64,000 nucleotides of DNA from Candidatus Bathyarchaeota archaeon. Its GTDB lineage: Archaea > Thermoproteota > Bathyarchaeia > TCS64. The stretch covers positions 34,777-98,776 of the forward strand of contig CAVYVF010000001.1 of the NCBI GenBank assembly GCA_963771885.1. The letters run 5' to 3'. The translations under genes and the position numbers were made by a program. The notes under the pieces are model-generated. The model made no database searches, had not been told where the DNA came from, and saw only the letters and a list, made by a program, of their open reading frames with translations. Below are positions 21,010-32,808 of the stretch, one piece after another (position 1 is the first letter of the stretch; each line of letters starts with the position of its first letter).

Positions 21010-22146
21010 TTAGTCAACAATTGTTAGGTCTTTATGGAATTTTGTGAAGGGCTCTCCCCCTCTTTTCGTGACAAGGACGACGTCCTCGACCCGTGCGCTC
21101 CAGCTCTGAGGCAGCAATATACTCGGCTCAACGGTGAATGTCATGCCTTCTCTCAGTACGGTGTCGTCGGGTATGTAGAGGAAGGGTGGCTCATGAACGG
21201 TAACGCCGATGCCGTGGCCGAGCCTGTGCATGAAGTAGTCGCCGTAGCCAGCCTTCTCTATGATGATTCTCGCCTCATTATCTAGTTCCTGTGCTGTGAT
21301 CGACCCGTCTACCATCTTTTCTATGCCTTTCGCCTGGCTCTCCATCACTATGGCGTGTATCTTTTCAACCTCAGTTGGAGGATTACCGCAGAAGGCGGTT
21401 CTTCCGAAGTCGTTGGCGTAGCCTTCTAGTAGGCAGCCAAAGTCAAAGCTAACGGTGTCGCCTTTCTCCAGCTTTCTTTTATGTGGTGGAGCAAGTCCAC
21501 TTGGCTTCTTCGGGCTTCTGAATCTCGCCGCAGTTACGAAGCTGTTCTGTTCCGCGCCGTAAGCAGCATAGAGACGGTCTATCTCCTTCTCAACTCCCGC
21601 TTCGGTGACCCCACTCCTAAGATACTCAAGTGTCTCTGCGTATACCTTGTCTGTGAGCCTAGCTGCGGCTTTCATAGCCTCTATCTCTTCAGCATCCTTG
21701 ATCATTCTCATCTCGAAGATGACGGGTCCGGCGAGGCTGAGTTCAACGTTTGGTATGTTTCGCTTGATTGTGTCTATTGTCTGCGCCCACGCGCGGTCAT
21801 CGACCATGACTTGGCGGGGATTATGTCTCCTCAGAACCTCTTTCTGAACATCAGCGGGGTTCCTATGCTCATCGAAGATCAATACTTCAGTAACGTATGG
21901 TTTTCCATCGGCCTCAGCCCTCCACCCCGAGCCACCCATTCTGGGTCCAACTAGGGTGAGTTTATCCTGCGTAAGATAAGCGCCGCAGACGTAGTCGCCA
22001 TAAGCGTTGTGGTCCGTGAGTTCGGCTCCTCTGCGCCTTACACCGGTAAGGTACCAGAGGTTGGCGCCCCTGGTCAGGTATAGGAGATCAACTCCACGTC
22101 TCGTCATCTCTTGGCGGATCCTTCTGAGTCGCCCTGCATAATCCAT
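21010..22146 (-). CDS. Xaa-Pro peptidase (M24B)
   Basis: FDFG...DFGRT, HRLGHGIG..VHEPP, TVEP, RVED. Confidence 0.92.
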   Translation of the reverse strand: MDYAGRLRRIRQEMTRRGVDLLYLTRGANLWYLTGVRRRGAELTDHNAYGDYVCGAYLTQDKLTLVGPRMGGSGWRAEADGKPYVTEVLIFDEHRNPADVQKEVLRRHNPRQVMVDDRAWAQTIDTIKRNIPNVELSLAGPVIFEMRMIKDAEEIEAMKAAARLTDKVYAETLEYLRSGVTEAGVEKEIDRLYAAYGAEQNSFVTAARFRSPKKPSGLAPPHKRKLEKGDTVSFDFGCLLEGYANDFGRTAFCGNPPTEVEKIHAIVMESQAKGIEKMVDGSITAQELDNEARIIIEKAGYGDYFMHRLGHGIGVTVHEPPFLYIPDDTVLREGMTFTVEPSILLPQSWSARVEDVVLVTKRGGEPFTKFHKDLTIVD

Positions 22147-22309
22147 GCAATTTTTGAAGTATGGTAACGTTTAGCGTTTATCCCATAGCACCTGGAAATA
22201 TACGTATTTTAGTATCAGCATAGATGCTTCATACACAGTTTTTGTACATTGGTGCTCATTCCTTAAGAAGCATAAAGAAAATTATACTCGCGTTGGGCTA
22301 TGTAATTCT

Positions 22310-23713
22310 ATGAGTGAGCTCCGCGTAGCCCAGTCAAGCGTCGTCTTAGGTGATCCCCATATTTGTAGCGACTCAAGAACGAGGCTTAGTCTCCAAGCCG
22401 CCATCTATGAACCATTGGTTGGCCGTATAGGGCCAGGTCGATTCACTCCTCAGCTTGCAGAAGCGTGGGAAACTCGGGATGGGCGAGTTTGGGAGTTTCT
22501 TCTACGAGATGAGATAAAAGCGCACAACGGTGCCTCATTCGAGGCGGATGACGCTGTCGCCAACTTGATGAGCATCATCGATCCAAAGGTTGGAGGGGCA
22601 TTCGGAACCGAGGGCGTCTACGCAAGCTATCTTGGTAAAGCTGCCTTCACCGCAGTGGGGCGGCTTCGACTAAAAATTTCCCTCCCTGAGCCAATGGCTG
22701 ATTTACTGGAGCTACTGGTGGAGATGCCGATGCTGCCGGAGAATGTGATGGATGATCTGCCTGACACACACGTCGGGACTGGAAGATATTTGATCAGAGA
22801 CGTGAGCAAAGAGAACGTAATCCTTGAGCGCAACCCCTACTATTGGGGCTCCAAACCAAAATATGAAAAACTACACTGGGCGGGTATCGGTGGGGAAGCG
22901 GATAGACTGAGTCTCGTTAAGAAGGGGGAGGCCGACATCGCTTCGGGTCTCAGCAGGAGGGGGATAAAGGAAGCTCATCGAATTGGGGTAAGTACAGTTT
23001 CTCAGCCAGGTTATCTATCAGTGATCTTCATGTTCAACTGCGCATCTGAGCCCTTTAGCAACGTGAAAATTCGCCGAGCCCTCAACTATGCCACTGACGT
23101 TGGGGAGATCATCAGGGATGTGATGCATGGATCGGCGGACGGCCTGAACGGGCCATTTACGCCCCACCATTTTGGATACAACTCCGAAACAAGACCATAC
23201 ACCTACGACCCTGCAGAAACGAAGAGACTGCTCCGCGAAGCTGAGCGATCCGACCTCTCCGTAACAATGGATGTGCCAAGCGTCATGCCGGATGAATCCG
23301 TCGAGCTATCACGGGTAATTGCGAAGCAGTGGGGGGAAGTCGGGGTCAGCGTGACGACGAGGGTGCATGAGCACCGTGAACAGTACAGCCACATGGTTCG
23401 TGACAAAAAAATTGGTGATATTTGCTGCTTCGACTCAAGCCCGATGAGTTCATTCAGGGTGCTTAGGGAAAAGATCCACGGCGGGTTGAAGGGTCCCTGG
23501 TGGGAGGGCTACGAGAACCCGCGTGTGGACTCCCTAATAGATGAGGCCCAAGCAACGGTGAACGATGAGGCTAGGAGAAAAATCTATAGAAACGCGTACC
23601 AAATGATACGAGACGACGCGCCGTGGGTTTTCCTCTACAGCCCTCGACTACATTTTGCTTTGAAGGGTGTGGATTGGAAGCCAAGCTGGGAGGGAGTAGT
23701 TAGAATCGAATGA
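22310..23713 (+). CDS. ABC peptide/nickel-type substrate-binding protein (family 5), no signal peptide
   Basis: IYEPLV, PQLAEAWE, GTGRY, LERNPYYWG, KIRRALNYA, DDAPWVFLY. Confidence 0.88.
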   Translation: MSELRVAQSSVVLGDPHICSDSRTRLSLQAAIYEPLVGRIGPGRFTPQLAEAWETRDGRVWEFLLRDEIKAHNGASFEADDAVANLMSIIDPKVGGAFGTEGVYASYLGKAAFTAVGRLRLKISLPEPMADLLELLVEMPMLPENVMDDLPDTHVGTGRYLIRDVSKENVILERNPYYWGSKPKYEKLHWAGIGGEADRLSLVKKGEADIASGLSRRGIKEAHRIGVSTVSQPGYLSVIFMFNCASEPFSNVKIRRALNYATDVGEIIRDVMHGSADGLNGPFTPHHFGYNSETRPYTYDPAETKRLLREAERSDLSVTMDVPSVMPDESVELSRVIAKQWGEVGVSVTTRVHEHREQYSHMVRDKKIGDICCFDSSPMSSFRVLREKIHGGLKGPWWEGYENPRVDSLIDEAQATVNDEARRKIYRNAYQMIRDDAPWVFLYSPRLHFALKGVDWKPSWEGVVRIE

Positions 23714-23868
23714 TTCTTTTCTAGTGCCGCGCGTCTTCGCCAATACCCACCTTATTCCCCATCTAACGTACGTGACGCATGCCGATGTGAAATCCGGAAG
23801 ATTACATGTAAAAAAGGGGATAGGCTTGTCGTTCCACAAGTTAAGAAAAAGGGAGAGGGAGACTCAGA

Positions 23869-24066
23869 CTAGTCGGGGGTTTTCCTGATCACACGCAAGA
23901 CCCTGTTAGCGTTATTCACGCCTCTGCGGTCACCTCGAGAGAGGTATCTAATATATTGCCTCCAAAGTATCTCGTCTCGGTTAACCGCATACCTGCTCTC
24001 GAGCAGTTCCTCAGGAAACCCAGCCGTCCTCCCTGGGTTTATTGGCTCTTCGAGTTCAGCTATCAT
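23869..24066 (-). CDS. Small hypothetical protein
   Basis: 65-aa ORF with AT-rich upstream region. Confidence 0.4.
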   Translation of the reverse strand: MIAELEEPINPGRTAGFPEELLESRYAVNRDEILWRQYIRYLSRGDRRGVNNANRVLRVIRKTPD

Positions 24067-24435
24067 ATAATTTCAACTTCTTTAGGTCTGAAGGTTCTCC
24101 CTTCAGCATTTATTTCAGAATTAATTAACCAATATAAAGGAAACGGACAATTATTTCTAACTCCTCGTAATGCCCTCAAACATCGATATGGTCAGTTATG
24201 CTGACCTCGCGGACAGGTAGTCAAGCGCGCGTTAGGCAGTTTGGTTTCCTCTCAGCAGACCTGTACATTCGCTGGAGTGATGAGAGAGAAGCCCCATGGC
24301 AACGCCTCCGCCTAGCCGAGATCCAGAGGGGGCTAATTTGCCGGAACATCGCGTAAACATGCGAGACGCGCAACGGATCCGTGGGATTCACCTTACTTAC
24401 TCATCTTTTATCCCCCTGACTCCCAGTGCTAAGCA

Positions 24436-25554
24436 ATGTCTGACTCGAAAACGAAGCCGAGGGCGAGAGACCTGGGCATCCCGCTCCAAGGTAGAACGGG
24501 GAAATACAACGCCATAACTGACGTTCAAGGCGTAACTGTGGGCCACGAAACCATCATCGCCGGCGAAGGCAAGCTCGAGGTAGGCATAGGCCCCATAAGA
24601 ACAGGCGTAACAGCCATACTCCCCAGAGCCGACCACAGCGACCCCGTCTTCGCCGCCTGGTCCTGCCTGAACGGAAACGGCGAGATGACGGGAACCACAT
24701 GGGTGGATGAATCAGGCTTCCTTAGCGGCCCCATATTGATAACAAACACCCACAGTGTCGGAGTCGTCCACGACTCGGTCATTGAGTGGTCGCAGAGAAC
24801 CCGAAAATCTAGGGTCGGCAACCCCTGGTCTCTGCCAGTAGTAGCCGAAACCTACGACGGCTTCCTGAACGACATAAACGGCTTCCACGTCCGAAGGGAC
24901 CACGTTTTCAAAGCCCTCAACAACGCCTCTGGAGGCCCAGTTGAGGAGGGAAACGTCGGCGGCGGTACGGGTATGATCTGCCACAAGTTCAAGGGGGGAA
25001 TCGGCACATCATCACGAACTCTACGCTTGGCAGACTCAGACTATGTGGTTGGGGCGCTAGTTCAGGCAAACTACGGGCTCCGTGAGCAACTAACAATCTC
25101 AGGAGTCCCAGTAGGCCAAGAGATCCCCGACCTCTTGCCCGTGGAGAATGGGCAAACACCTCGAGACGGCGAACAGGGATCCATCATAGTAGTGATTGCC
25201 ACCGACGCGCCTCTTCTCCCACACCAGCTTCGCAGGCTAGCCAAGCGCGCGCCAATGGGCATCGCGAGGGTCGGGGGAATTGGCGGCAACGGTTCCGGCG
25301 ACATATTTGTCGCGTTCTCCACCGCAAATCCACACGTGATGAGTGATAAGGAGGTGAAGACAGTTCAGATGCTCCCTAACGAGTTGATGACTGACCTCTT
25401 CCAGGCTACAGTCCAGGTAGTGGAGGAAGCTATCTTGAACGCCCTCGTCGCCGCGAGAACAATGACGGGCATAGATGGCAACACGGTCTACGCGATTCCC
25501 CATGAGCGACTCAGAGAAGTGCTTAGAAAATTCAATCGTCTAGCCAAAGAATAG
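24436..25554 (+). CDS. dmpA: DmpA/P1 (S58) family L-aminopeptidase/D-esterase
   Basis: RARDLG, NAITDV.GV.VGH, NGNGEMTG, EEGNVGGGTGM, GSIIVVIATDAPL, NGSGDIFVAFST. Confidence 0.92.
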   Translation: MSDSKTKPRARDLGIPLQGRTGKYNAITDVQGVTVGHETIIAGEGKLEVGIGPIRTGVTAILPRADHSDPVFAAWSCLNGNGEMTGTTWVDESGFLSGPILITNTHSVGVVHDSVIEWSQRTRKSRVGNPWSLPVVAETYDGFLNDINGFHVRRDHVFKALNNASGGPVEEGNVGGGTGMICHKFKGGIGTSSRTLRLADSDYVVGALVQANYGLREQLTISGVPVGQEIPDLLPVENGQTPRDGEQGSIIVVIATDAPLLPHQLRRLAKRAPMGIARVGGIGGNGSGDIFVAFSTANPHVMSDKEVKTVQMLPNELMTDLFQATVQVVEEAILNALVAARTMTGIDGNTVYAIPHERLREVLRKFNRLAKE

Positions 25555-25621
25555 ATACGAATCTACCAAGCCTCAGCGCGCGCAGGTGACTGACATTAGT
25601 TTTATTAAAAAATGGAGTAAA

Positions 25622-28359
25622 TTACAAGTGGTGAGAATTTTTCCAATCCATCGTTTTACGAGTCGTCACGAGAGTTGTTAGACATATCGTTGTGATAATG
25701 AATCCCCCTGCTGAGGCAGTCATAATAGATCCCGAATATAGTGTCTCTGCTATTACCATCGTTACTATACTACCCAACCAGAAGAACAAGGCTAATTGTA
25801 TTGACTTAGTTGATGGTTTAACATTTATTTTACGATTCAATAAAAGTAGGAGTGGTAGAATATATATTAAAGTGAAAAGGAAACTAGCGCTAAAACCGGC
25901 ACAGATTATCCCAATCTCAGGATTCGAACTGAGTAAGTTGAAAGTTTGTTCGCTAATAAGCAGAATTCCGATAAGAGGATATAAAGCGACTTTCAAAGAT
26001 CCCCTCATGATCTCATTATTGCGGATGGTTGAGGCAATTGATGGACTGAAACCGTAGTAGAAAGAATAGAAAGCTGCCATAAAATTGCTCCCGGCAAATG
26101 TGCTTAGGACAGTATTATCCCTGAATCCCCTGAGAAACTGAACATCTGGGCTGAGTTCGGATATATAGGTGGCTACTTGGATGAAGCAATTGGAAGAGGA
26201 ACCGGGTGAAGTAGCCTTGACCTTGAACGAGTTGCTGACACCAGTCTTACCGCCTCCATTTGTTGTTATGGTTACGGCATCGGCTATCGTACCAAACCTT
26301 ACTTTGATTTTGCCGACACCATCAGAAATTGCCAAACTCGTTGGTTCAATGGGTATTGGAGTAGACGATAATGTGTTTGTACCTTGATAGTTGGTAATTG
26401 TGTAATTATGAGAATCTACCGCTGTTATATATATTTCAAAATATACCCCTACCTCTTGCTCAGGTATCTCATCAACGAATATTCCATCCGAAAATTGGAT
26501 TTTAAAATGATCTAATGAACCGAGAGGATAGTCTAAAACATCGAATGTATTACTAGTGCCATATTCATTTCCTTGCGATCTTACTGTTTTCAAATATTGA
26601 GAATGTCCAAGCATGCCTAAAGTAACTGAACCTTCCCAGATGCCTGATTCAAAGGTAATGCTTCTTGGTGACAACGGATCAAGTAATTCAAGGGTATTAC
26701 TGAATAACTTCAAGCTATTAACTTCAGAGTAACTCTCCACTAGCTGGTCTGATGCATCAACTGCAGTAATTTTAACACGGAATGGTGAATTCTTCACGAC
26801 TGAAGAACTAATTAAGTCAAAATTGAAGTGATGTAAAACTCTGGGAGACTCATCCTTGAGAGTAATAATTATAGAATTAACCGAACTTTCATCTATGAGG
26901 ACATTCTCTAGGTCTGCAATTTCGTTGCCTTTTTGTGCCTGTATCTTATAGATGCCGAGAATAAGCTCATCAAAAAGAACTGTGCCGCTTATCGGTGTTA
27001 TTTGTTCTTCAGGTATTGATTGTCCGGGAGGGCACTCTGTTATTCGTACAGTCGCTCCCTCAATTGCATCTCCACTAAGCTCAATAACTTTTACCTCTAA
27101 GCTCCTAGTCTCAGCAATTATTAGCGTGGTTCTTGTAACCTGACCTGCTGAAACCTCTGTTGATTGGCTTACTAGGACTTGTCCATCCCTAGATGTTTCA
27201 AGGGTATAGACACCAGGTCTTACCCCTTGAACTCAGCGATGCCATTCTCATCGGTAGTTCCCTGGAGTGGCGTCTGTCCCTCAGGCTGACTTGTCGAGAT
27301 GATATCTGCAGTACTTAGAGGCTCTCCTCGATTGTCGGTACATGCAGCTACTAAGGTTCCCGTAGTTGGTATGAACTTCTGGATTCTCCCATTACCAGTA
27401 TCCGCTATATAGAATGTTCCCCCTTTATCCACTGCGACTCCACGAGGATCGTTAAATTTGCCGTTTCCAGACCCTTGACCGCCCCACACATCAGTCAACG
27501 TACCGTTGACATCGAATCTCTGGATGCGACTATTATCGGAGTCAGCTATGTAGACATTGCTGAATATATCTACGGCAACATCCTCGGGATCAATAACCTG
27601 GCCTTCATTGTCACCATAACTTGCTAAAAAATATTCAAAGGTCCCATTACTGTTGAATTTCTGGACCCTATTGTTCTCTTCATCCCCAACATAGATGTTA
27701 CCTTCGCCATCTACTGCCACACTTTCGGGACAATTAAACTGGCCAGGTGCAACTCCATAAGATCCGAACTTAAATATGAAAGTCCCATTAGGATAGAACT
27801 TCTGGATTCGGTGGTTCTCTCTATCCGCGACATAGACGTTGCCATAATTATCAACAGCGATCCCCGCCGGATTTATGAACTGGCCCGGCCCAGAGCCAAA
27901 GCTTCCACTAATCCCTATGAAGGTTCCGCTAAGGTCGAATCGCTGTACGCGATGATTGTTACAATCTGTTACATATACTAATTTACGCTCACTATCTACG
28001 GCGATTCCCTCAGGATCGTTGAATTGCCCAGATCCTGTACCGGAGCCGCCCCAAGTTTTTAAAAGCGTTCCATTCGAATCATATTTATCAATCCGATTTG
28101 TGTTTCGTCCCGCGACGTACACGTTACCAAACTCATCCACATCAATAAAGTATGGATCCGGGTTCCCCCACTGAAGCTTATACTGGTAATTGCTGTCTGA
28201 CACAGCGTTAACGAAACCCGGCGCAAACGCTTGTCCAACAATAATAAAAACGAGATAAACCAATAGAATCATGTGCCTATTGCCCTGATTGTAGAGCATA
28301 AACAACATCACTATACTTCCAAGGAACAGTAAGATATTTAAAATAATGGCTATAACCAA
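25622..28359 (-). CDS. NHL-repeat beta-propeller surface protein with Ig-like domains and CFI-box-CTERM domain (one frameshift at ~27224; start uncertain)
   Basis: Six NHL repeats (GQFN.P.GIAVD..GNVYVAD..N.RIQKF). Adding one G in AAGGGGTAA reads through to 26797. CFIQVATY..LRGFRD..YYGFSP followed by TM helices. Confidence 0.85.
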
Positions 28360-28448
28360 CCGAGTTAACTGCGCTTGCGAAAAATGGAAGATATGTATTC
28401 TGAAACCGCATCACTTAAACAAGGTCAAACAAATCAAACCTTAGAGAA

Positions 28449-29600
28449 ATGGCGCAATCCCACAATCCAAAAACAATCACGGTGCTAAACGCCCTCATCC
28501 TACTCTCCCTACTAACACTTCCAACCCTAACCATCCTAACCATCGCCAACATCGCTGGAATAGCACAGACAATTAACCTCGAAGACACCAACCAAGCCTA
28601 CACTGAGAACAAGGTCACCATGTCAGCCACCCTCACCCTCAACAACCCCGGACCATTCCAAGCAGAAACAAACATCGAGGCAACACTCAGAGATACACAC
28701 GGAAACAAGTACCCGATAAACGGTCCACAGCTAATCCTCCCCCCGGGGCCGCACAGAGTCCCCGTAGAAGTAACCGTCGACCTAACCAACCTCCGGGAAG
28801 AACAGCTACAGAGCCTAGCACTCAACCCAGAGAATTTCACCCTGACAGCCGTCGCCACGGTAGGCCTGCAGCCCATCGCATCCATAACCGCGGATACGAC
28901 GGCGACCATTCACTGGATGCCACCCATGCACAACCTCACCATAAGCGAGCCGAGAATCACATCTATCACCCCCACCCAGATCACAATAGAGACACTGGTA
29001 TCATTCGACAACCAGTCACCCACGCAGCTCAACGCTGACCTACGGGTCAAAATCACAGACTCAAACAGCCAACAGGCGGGCGGAGGGTTACTAGCCATCA
29101 CAGCCGACCCCGGATCCCGATACTCGCAGCCCCTACAGCTAAACATAACACCGCCGACTAAAATAGACCCCTTAACAGACCACACTTACACCTATATGGT
29201 GACTCAGGAGCTCACACTAACCGATTACAATATCACACACCCAATCAGCCAACAACAGATCCAGATACAGTGGGCAGCCCTCATCAAGAACCCCCAGCTA
29301 ACAACCAGGATAACCCCATTAGACTCAACAAACAGCCTCCTCGCCTACGACATCACCTACACGAACAACAACCAATACATCCCCCTCGACGCAGCTATCA
29401 CCCCAAAGATACTGAATGACAATGGAACTATCCTAACAGGCCCCTCACAAACTATCCAAACTAACCCAGGCAGCCCCGGATCAATTAGTGGTCAGATCAC
29501 AATACCCAACACCACGCTACTGCAAGGCGGCCTAACACTAGTCCTACAGATTTCGAGCAGTTACGGAGACTACGAAGTGGAGGTGGGCACACTTGGCTAA
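28449..29600 (+). CDS. Membrane-anchored hypothetical protein (repeated LEA/WHy-like beta domains)
   Basis: N-terminal TM; repeated L.L.N..P motifs. Confidence 0.7.
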   Translation: MAQSHNPKTITVLNALILLSLLTLPTLTILTIANIAGIAQTINLEDTNQAYTENKVTMSATLTLNNPGPFQAETNIEATLRDTHGNKYPINGPQLILPPGPHRVPVEVTVDLTNLREEQLQSLALNPENFTLTAVATVGLQPIASITADTTATIHWMPPMHNLTISEPRITSITPTQITIETLVSFDNQSPTQLNADLRVKITDSNSQQAGGGLLAITADPGSRYSQPLQLNITPPTKIDPLTDHTYTYMVTQELTLTDYNITHPISQQQIQIQWAALIKNPQLTTRITPLDSTNSLLAYDITYTNNNQYIPLDAAITPKILNDNGTILTGPSQTIQTNPGSPGSISGQITIPNTTLLQGGLTLVLQISSSYGDYEVEVGTLG

Positions 29601-30114
29601 CACAACCCAGGGTTCTAAGCCCCTCAGCTACCTCCCCCGAGCGATCGCCGCGATCATACTCGCTACGTTAACCCTCGCAGTCCTCTACCTGACCCCAAGG
29701 GCACTCCAACTCGTAATCGCTGATGTATCGGAGCCTGAACTCCAAACAATTCTAAACCAGTTCATAGATCCAATCACTCCACTCATTGGAGCAATAGCAT
29801 CGGCGCTCGTCTGCGCAACCATCCTAGTCAGAAAGACGAAATTGGAAGGCCCCATGCTCCTACTCCTAGGCGCCACCTTGTTAGTATACTCCTACACGCT
29901 CTTCCAGGGAGGGTCAATCCCCATCCAGATACCGACGACAACCCTCCTGCAGGTCATCAATGAAAAGATACCCATAGACATAGCCGTTAACATAACCATC
30001 GACCTCTCAACAATAATGCTAGCCTCAATGCTAACCCCGCTACTGATAATCGTCAAAGGTTCATTGCTAATCTACACCAGTTTAAGAAGAACTAGGGTCT
30101 TACCCGCGAACTGA
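29593..30114 (+). CDS. Hypothetical membrane protein, coupled to upstream gene
   Basis: Four TM segments; overlaps the upstream stop; GGAGGTG SD. Confidence 0.7.
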   Translation: MANTTQGSKPLSYLPRAIAAIILATLTLAVLYLTPRALQLVIADVSEPELQTILNQFIDPITPLIGAIASALVCATILVRKTKLEGPMLLLLGATLLVYSYTLFQGGSIPIQIPTTTLLQVINEKIPIDIAVNITIDLSTIMLASMLTPLLIIVKGSLLIYTSLRRTRVLPAN

Positions 30115-30263
30115 TCTGTCTACTGTGCGCGCGACATTAGCATATTTTACTAAAAGCGCGCGGATGAGCCTATGGAATCCACAATGCATTGTAGACAAGT
30201 GTGCACGTAGATTGAGGTTAAGCTAGGGGTCCATTCAACCCTCGCGCTAAGGTGTCGCGCGCG

Positions 30264-30758
30264 TTAAAGCCCGATTTTATACTCATAAACTACCCCGTCA
30301 AGCCAGACACCATTCAACTCCACAGCCTTCTTCTTATAATCTACCGCTCTGAAGAAGAGCTTCTCAAGAACCCTCGTCGATGGCCTGTTTTCAGGGCTTG
30401 CCTCAGCTACGATGCGGTGCACACCCGATGCAAGGAGGTGACGGACCAGTGTGCGGACCGCGTCGGTGCAGACGCCCCTCCCGCGCGCCGGCGGAATTAC
30501 TCTGTACCCTATCTGATACGAGCCGTCATCTTGAAGACGGGCGACTATCTGCCCCACCTTCTCGCCGTCTTTAGTCTCGATCACATGCCAAAGAACCCCC
30601 GGCTTTTCTCGGGGCAGCCAACTATCGAGTTCGCCGCGGGTCACGGGCTCGAATGGCTCGTAGCGCCCAGTGTATTCGGGATCATTCCCCCATACGTAGA
30701 GGAAGTCGGCGTCCCCTGTATCGAAGGGGCGTAAATTTACCTTGTCTCCCTTGATCAA
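30264..30758 (-). CDS. GNAT (RimJ/RimL-type) acetyltransferase
   Basis: IGYRVIPPARGRGVCTDAV; N.PS.RVLEKL. Confidence 0.9.
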   Translation of the reverse strand: MIKGDKVNLRPFDTGDADFLYVWGNDPEYTGRYEPFEPVTRGELDSWLPREKPGVLWHVIETKDGEKVGQIVARLQDDGSYQIGYRVIPPARGRGVCTDAVRTLVRHLLASGVHRIVAEASPENRPSTRVLEKLFFRAVDYKKKAVELNGVWLDGVVYEYKIGL

Positions 30759-30886
30759 TACGCATGTAGCTATGCCGCCAACGTAAATATCATTGGCGTT
30801 CCATGTATGAAATCTAGTTTAAACAAGCATGCACCAAGTGACCATTATTCAGCCTGTTTAATTGATGATATGTAATTTCTTATCGA

Positions 30887-32537
30887 CTAGACTGCGAGTT
30901 GAGTAACTTTGTCTTCCCCCTCAATCAACGTGCTAGAGCTCAAGGGTAGTAAGACGGTGAAAACGGTTCCTCTTCCCAATCTCAGATTCGAACACAATCT
31001 TACCACCATGGGCTTCAACAACCTGTTTACAGATCGCCAACCCCAAACCAGTCCCCGACTTCTTCGTCGTGTAAAAAGGCGTGAAAATTCTAAGGGCGAT
31101 ATCCTCCGGAATCCCATTGCCCGTATCACTAACGGTGATGATAGCGTCTCCCCGGGAAGCCTCAACCTTGATCGACAGCCTTCCACCATCTTTCATGGCT
31201 TCCACTGCGTTCTTCACAAGGTTATCCATCACTCTCCTGACCTTGTACTGGTCGACCTCCACATAGACAGGGGCGCCGTAGCGAGCTTCGACATCAACCC
31301 CTTTAGTGATTACTGCGTTCTGAAGGCACACCTTCATCAATTCATTGAGGTCCACCCTTTCGGTCTTCAACTGCTGCGGTCCCATCATCACGTTGAGATC
31401 GTTCAAGATCTTCACTGCATACTCAACTGCGTCATTGATCTTTTTCGTAAACTCCTCGGCACCGATGTGCTTCTTGCTCATAAGATACGCGGCGTTCTGA
31501 ATCGTCTGAAGCGGGCCGCGGAGGTCATGACGAACCATGCTGACTAATTTATGCGCTCCCTCCATCATCTCCTTGGCCTTGCGCTCTTCCTGCTCCCTGA
31601 TCCTCGCAATCTCGCGTATCCTGTAAATCGCTGAGCCAACGTGGATGGCAAGAGTCTCTAGAAGTTTCTGGTCAACGTCGTCGAAGGCATCTTTCCTTAA
31701 ATCTTCCAGGTTAAGCACTGCTACGACTTCGCCGTCTAGTAACACGGGGACGGCGAGCTCTGAGAGAGAGTTGGTGGTTCCACGTAGGAAGTCGAGGTCA
31801 TTAGTAAGGTCGTTAACAAGCATCGACTTCTTATCCCTAACAGCCTTGGCGGTGAGCCCTTTACCTGATACCTGAACGAGTCTTCCGAGTTCAGATGCGC
31901 CTCGACTCTCAAAAACCCGAAGTGTGTCTCCCTCAACGATCATGAAGGAAGCGAGGTGGAACCCGATCACCGACTCGATCGCATCAAGCGTAGCTTCGCT
32001 GACCTGCTCAAGGGTTAACGAGTGGGAGAGATAGGTGGCGTGGGTATGCAATGCCATTACCTGGTTCTCAAATCTCTTCGATGCAGTCACATCTCGTTCC
32101 TGTGCGAGGACAGCAGGTTTTCCCTCGTAGATAATCGATGTTGTCGCCACCTCTACCTCGATGAAGTTGCCATCCTTTTTCCGCAGCTTCAATTCGTATC
32201 TATTAGGAACGCTCTCGCCTTGTTGCCTGCTGAGAGTCCTTAGCCTGATCCTCTCCTTCTCCTCATCAGGCAGGTTCTCAGACATGTCCAAGCCAATCAG
32301 CTCCGCGGCGTTATCGTAACCTAGAAGCCTCGCCTCACTTTGGTTTGCATAAATTATCTTGGTCCCAATGAGAATGACCACACCGTCGAGTGAGGCGTCG
32401 AGAATGTTACGGTATTGGTCATCTGGACACTTGGTCTCGGTGGATTGCTCCTGTGTGGCGATTTCTTGGGTAATGTTCCTGGCGATGGAGTCAATTTGAA
32501 GCTTGTTTCTCTCAGGTTGCGAGCCTATGTTAGCCAA
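30887..32537 (-). CDS. PAS-GAF sensor histidine kinase (C-terminal frameshift at ~30970)
   Basis: PAS, GAF (SELAVPV), H-box HDLRGPL, NLVKNA, DTGNGI, GTGLGL; shifted frame gives GTVFTVLLP. Confidence 0.9.
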
Positions 32538-32609
32538 CTATACCGCACATAATCGAGTTTTGTTTATATAGTAATTATCGAGGCTACATCTGGATTAACC
32601 ATCCATAAT

Positions 32610-32740
32610 ATGTTTAATAATTTGAATGAAAAACGAGAAGTTTCCAATACACGATCAGATCCATCAAGCGCAATATATCCCGGTATCCTGATTGTTGAGA
32701 ATAACGAGAGAGAATCACGTCTAATGAAAATCGCGCGCGC
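32610..32740 (+). pseudogene. Truncated response-regulator receiver fragment
   Basis: ILIVENNERESRLMKIA (receiver beta1-alpha1); similarity stops at CGCGCGCGC 32732-32740; divergent from the kinase. Confidence 0.5.
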
Positions 32741-32808
32741 CCTCTATCAAAAACCGATTATCAACATCTTCACCACATATTCTTTTAGCAGACAACGCTA
32801 CTGGTTGA

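Noticed and set aside
30909..31547. Long antisense ORFs (e.g. 30909..31547, 47212..47790, 34593..35087)
   Set aside because: Shadow or alternate frames of well-supported genes.
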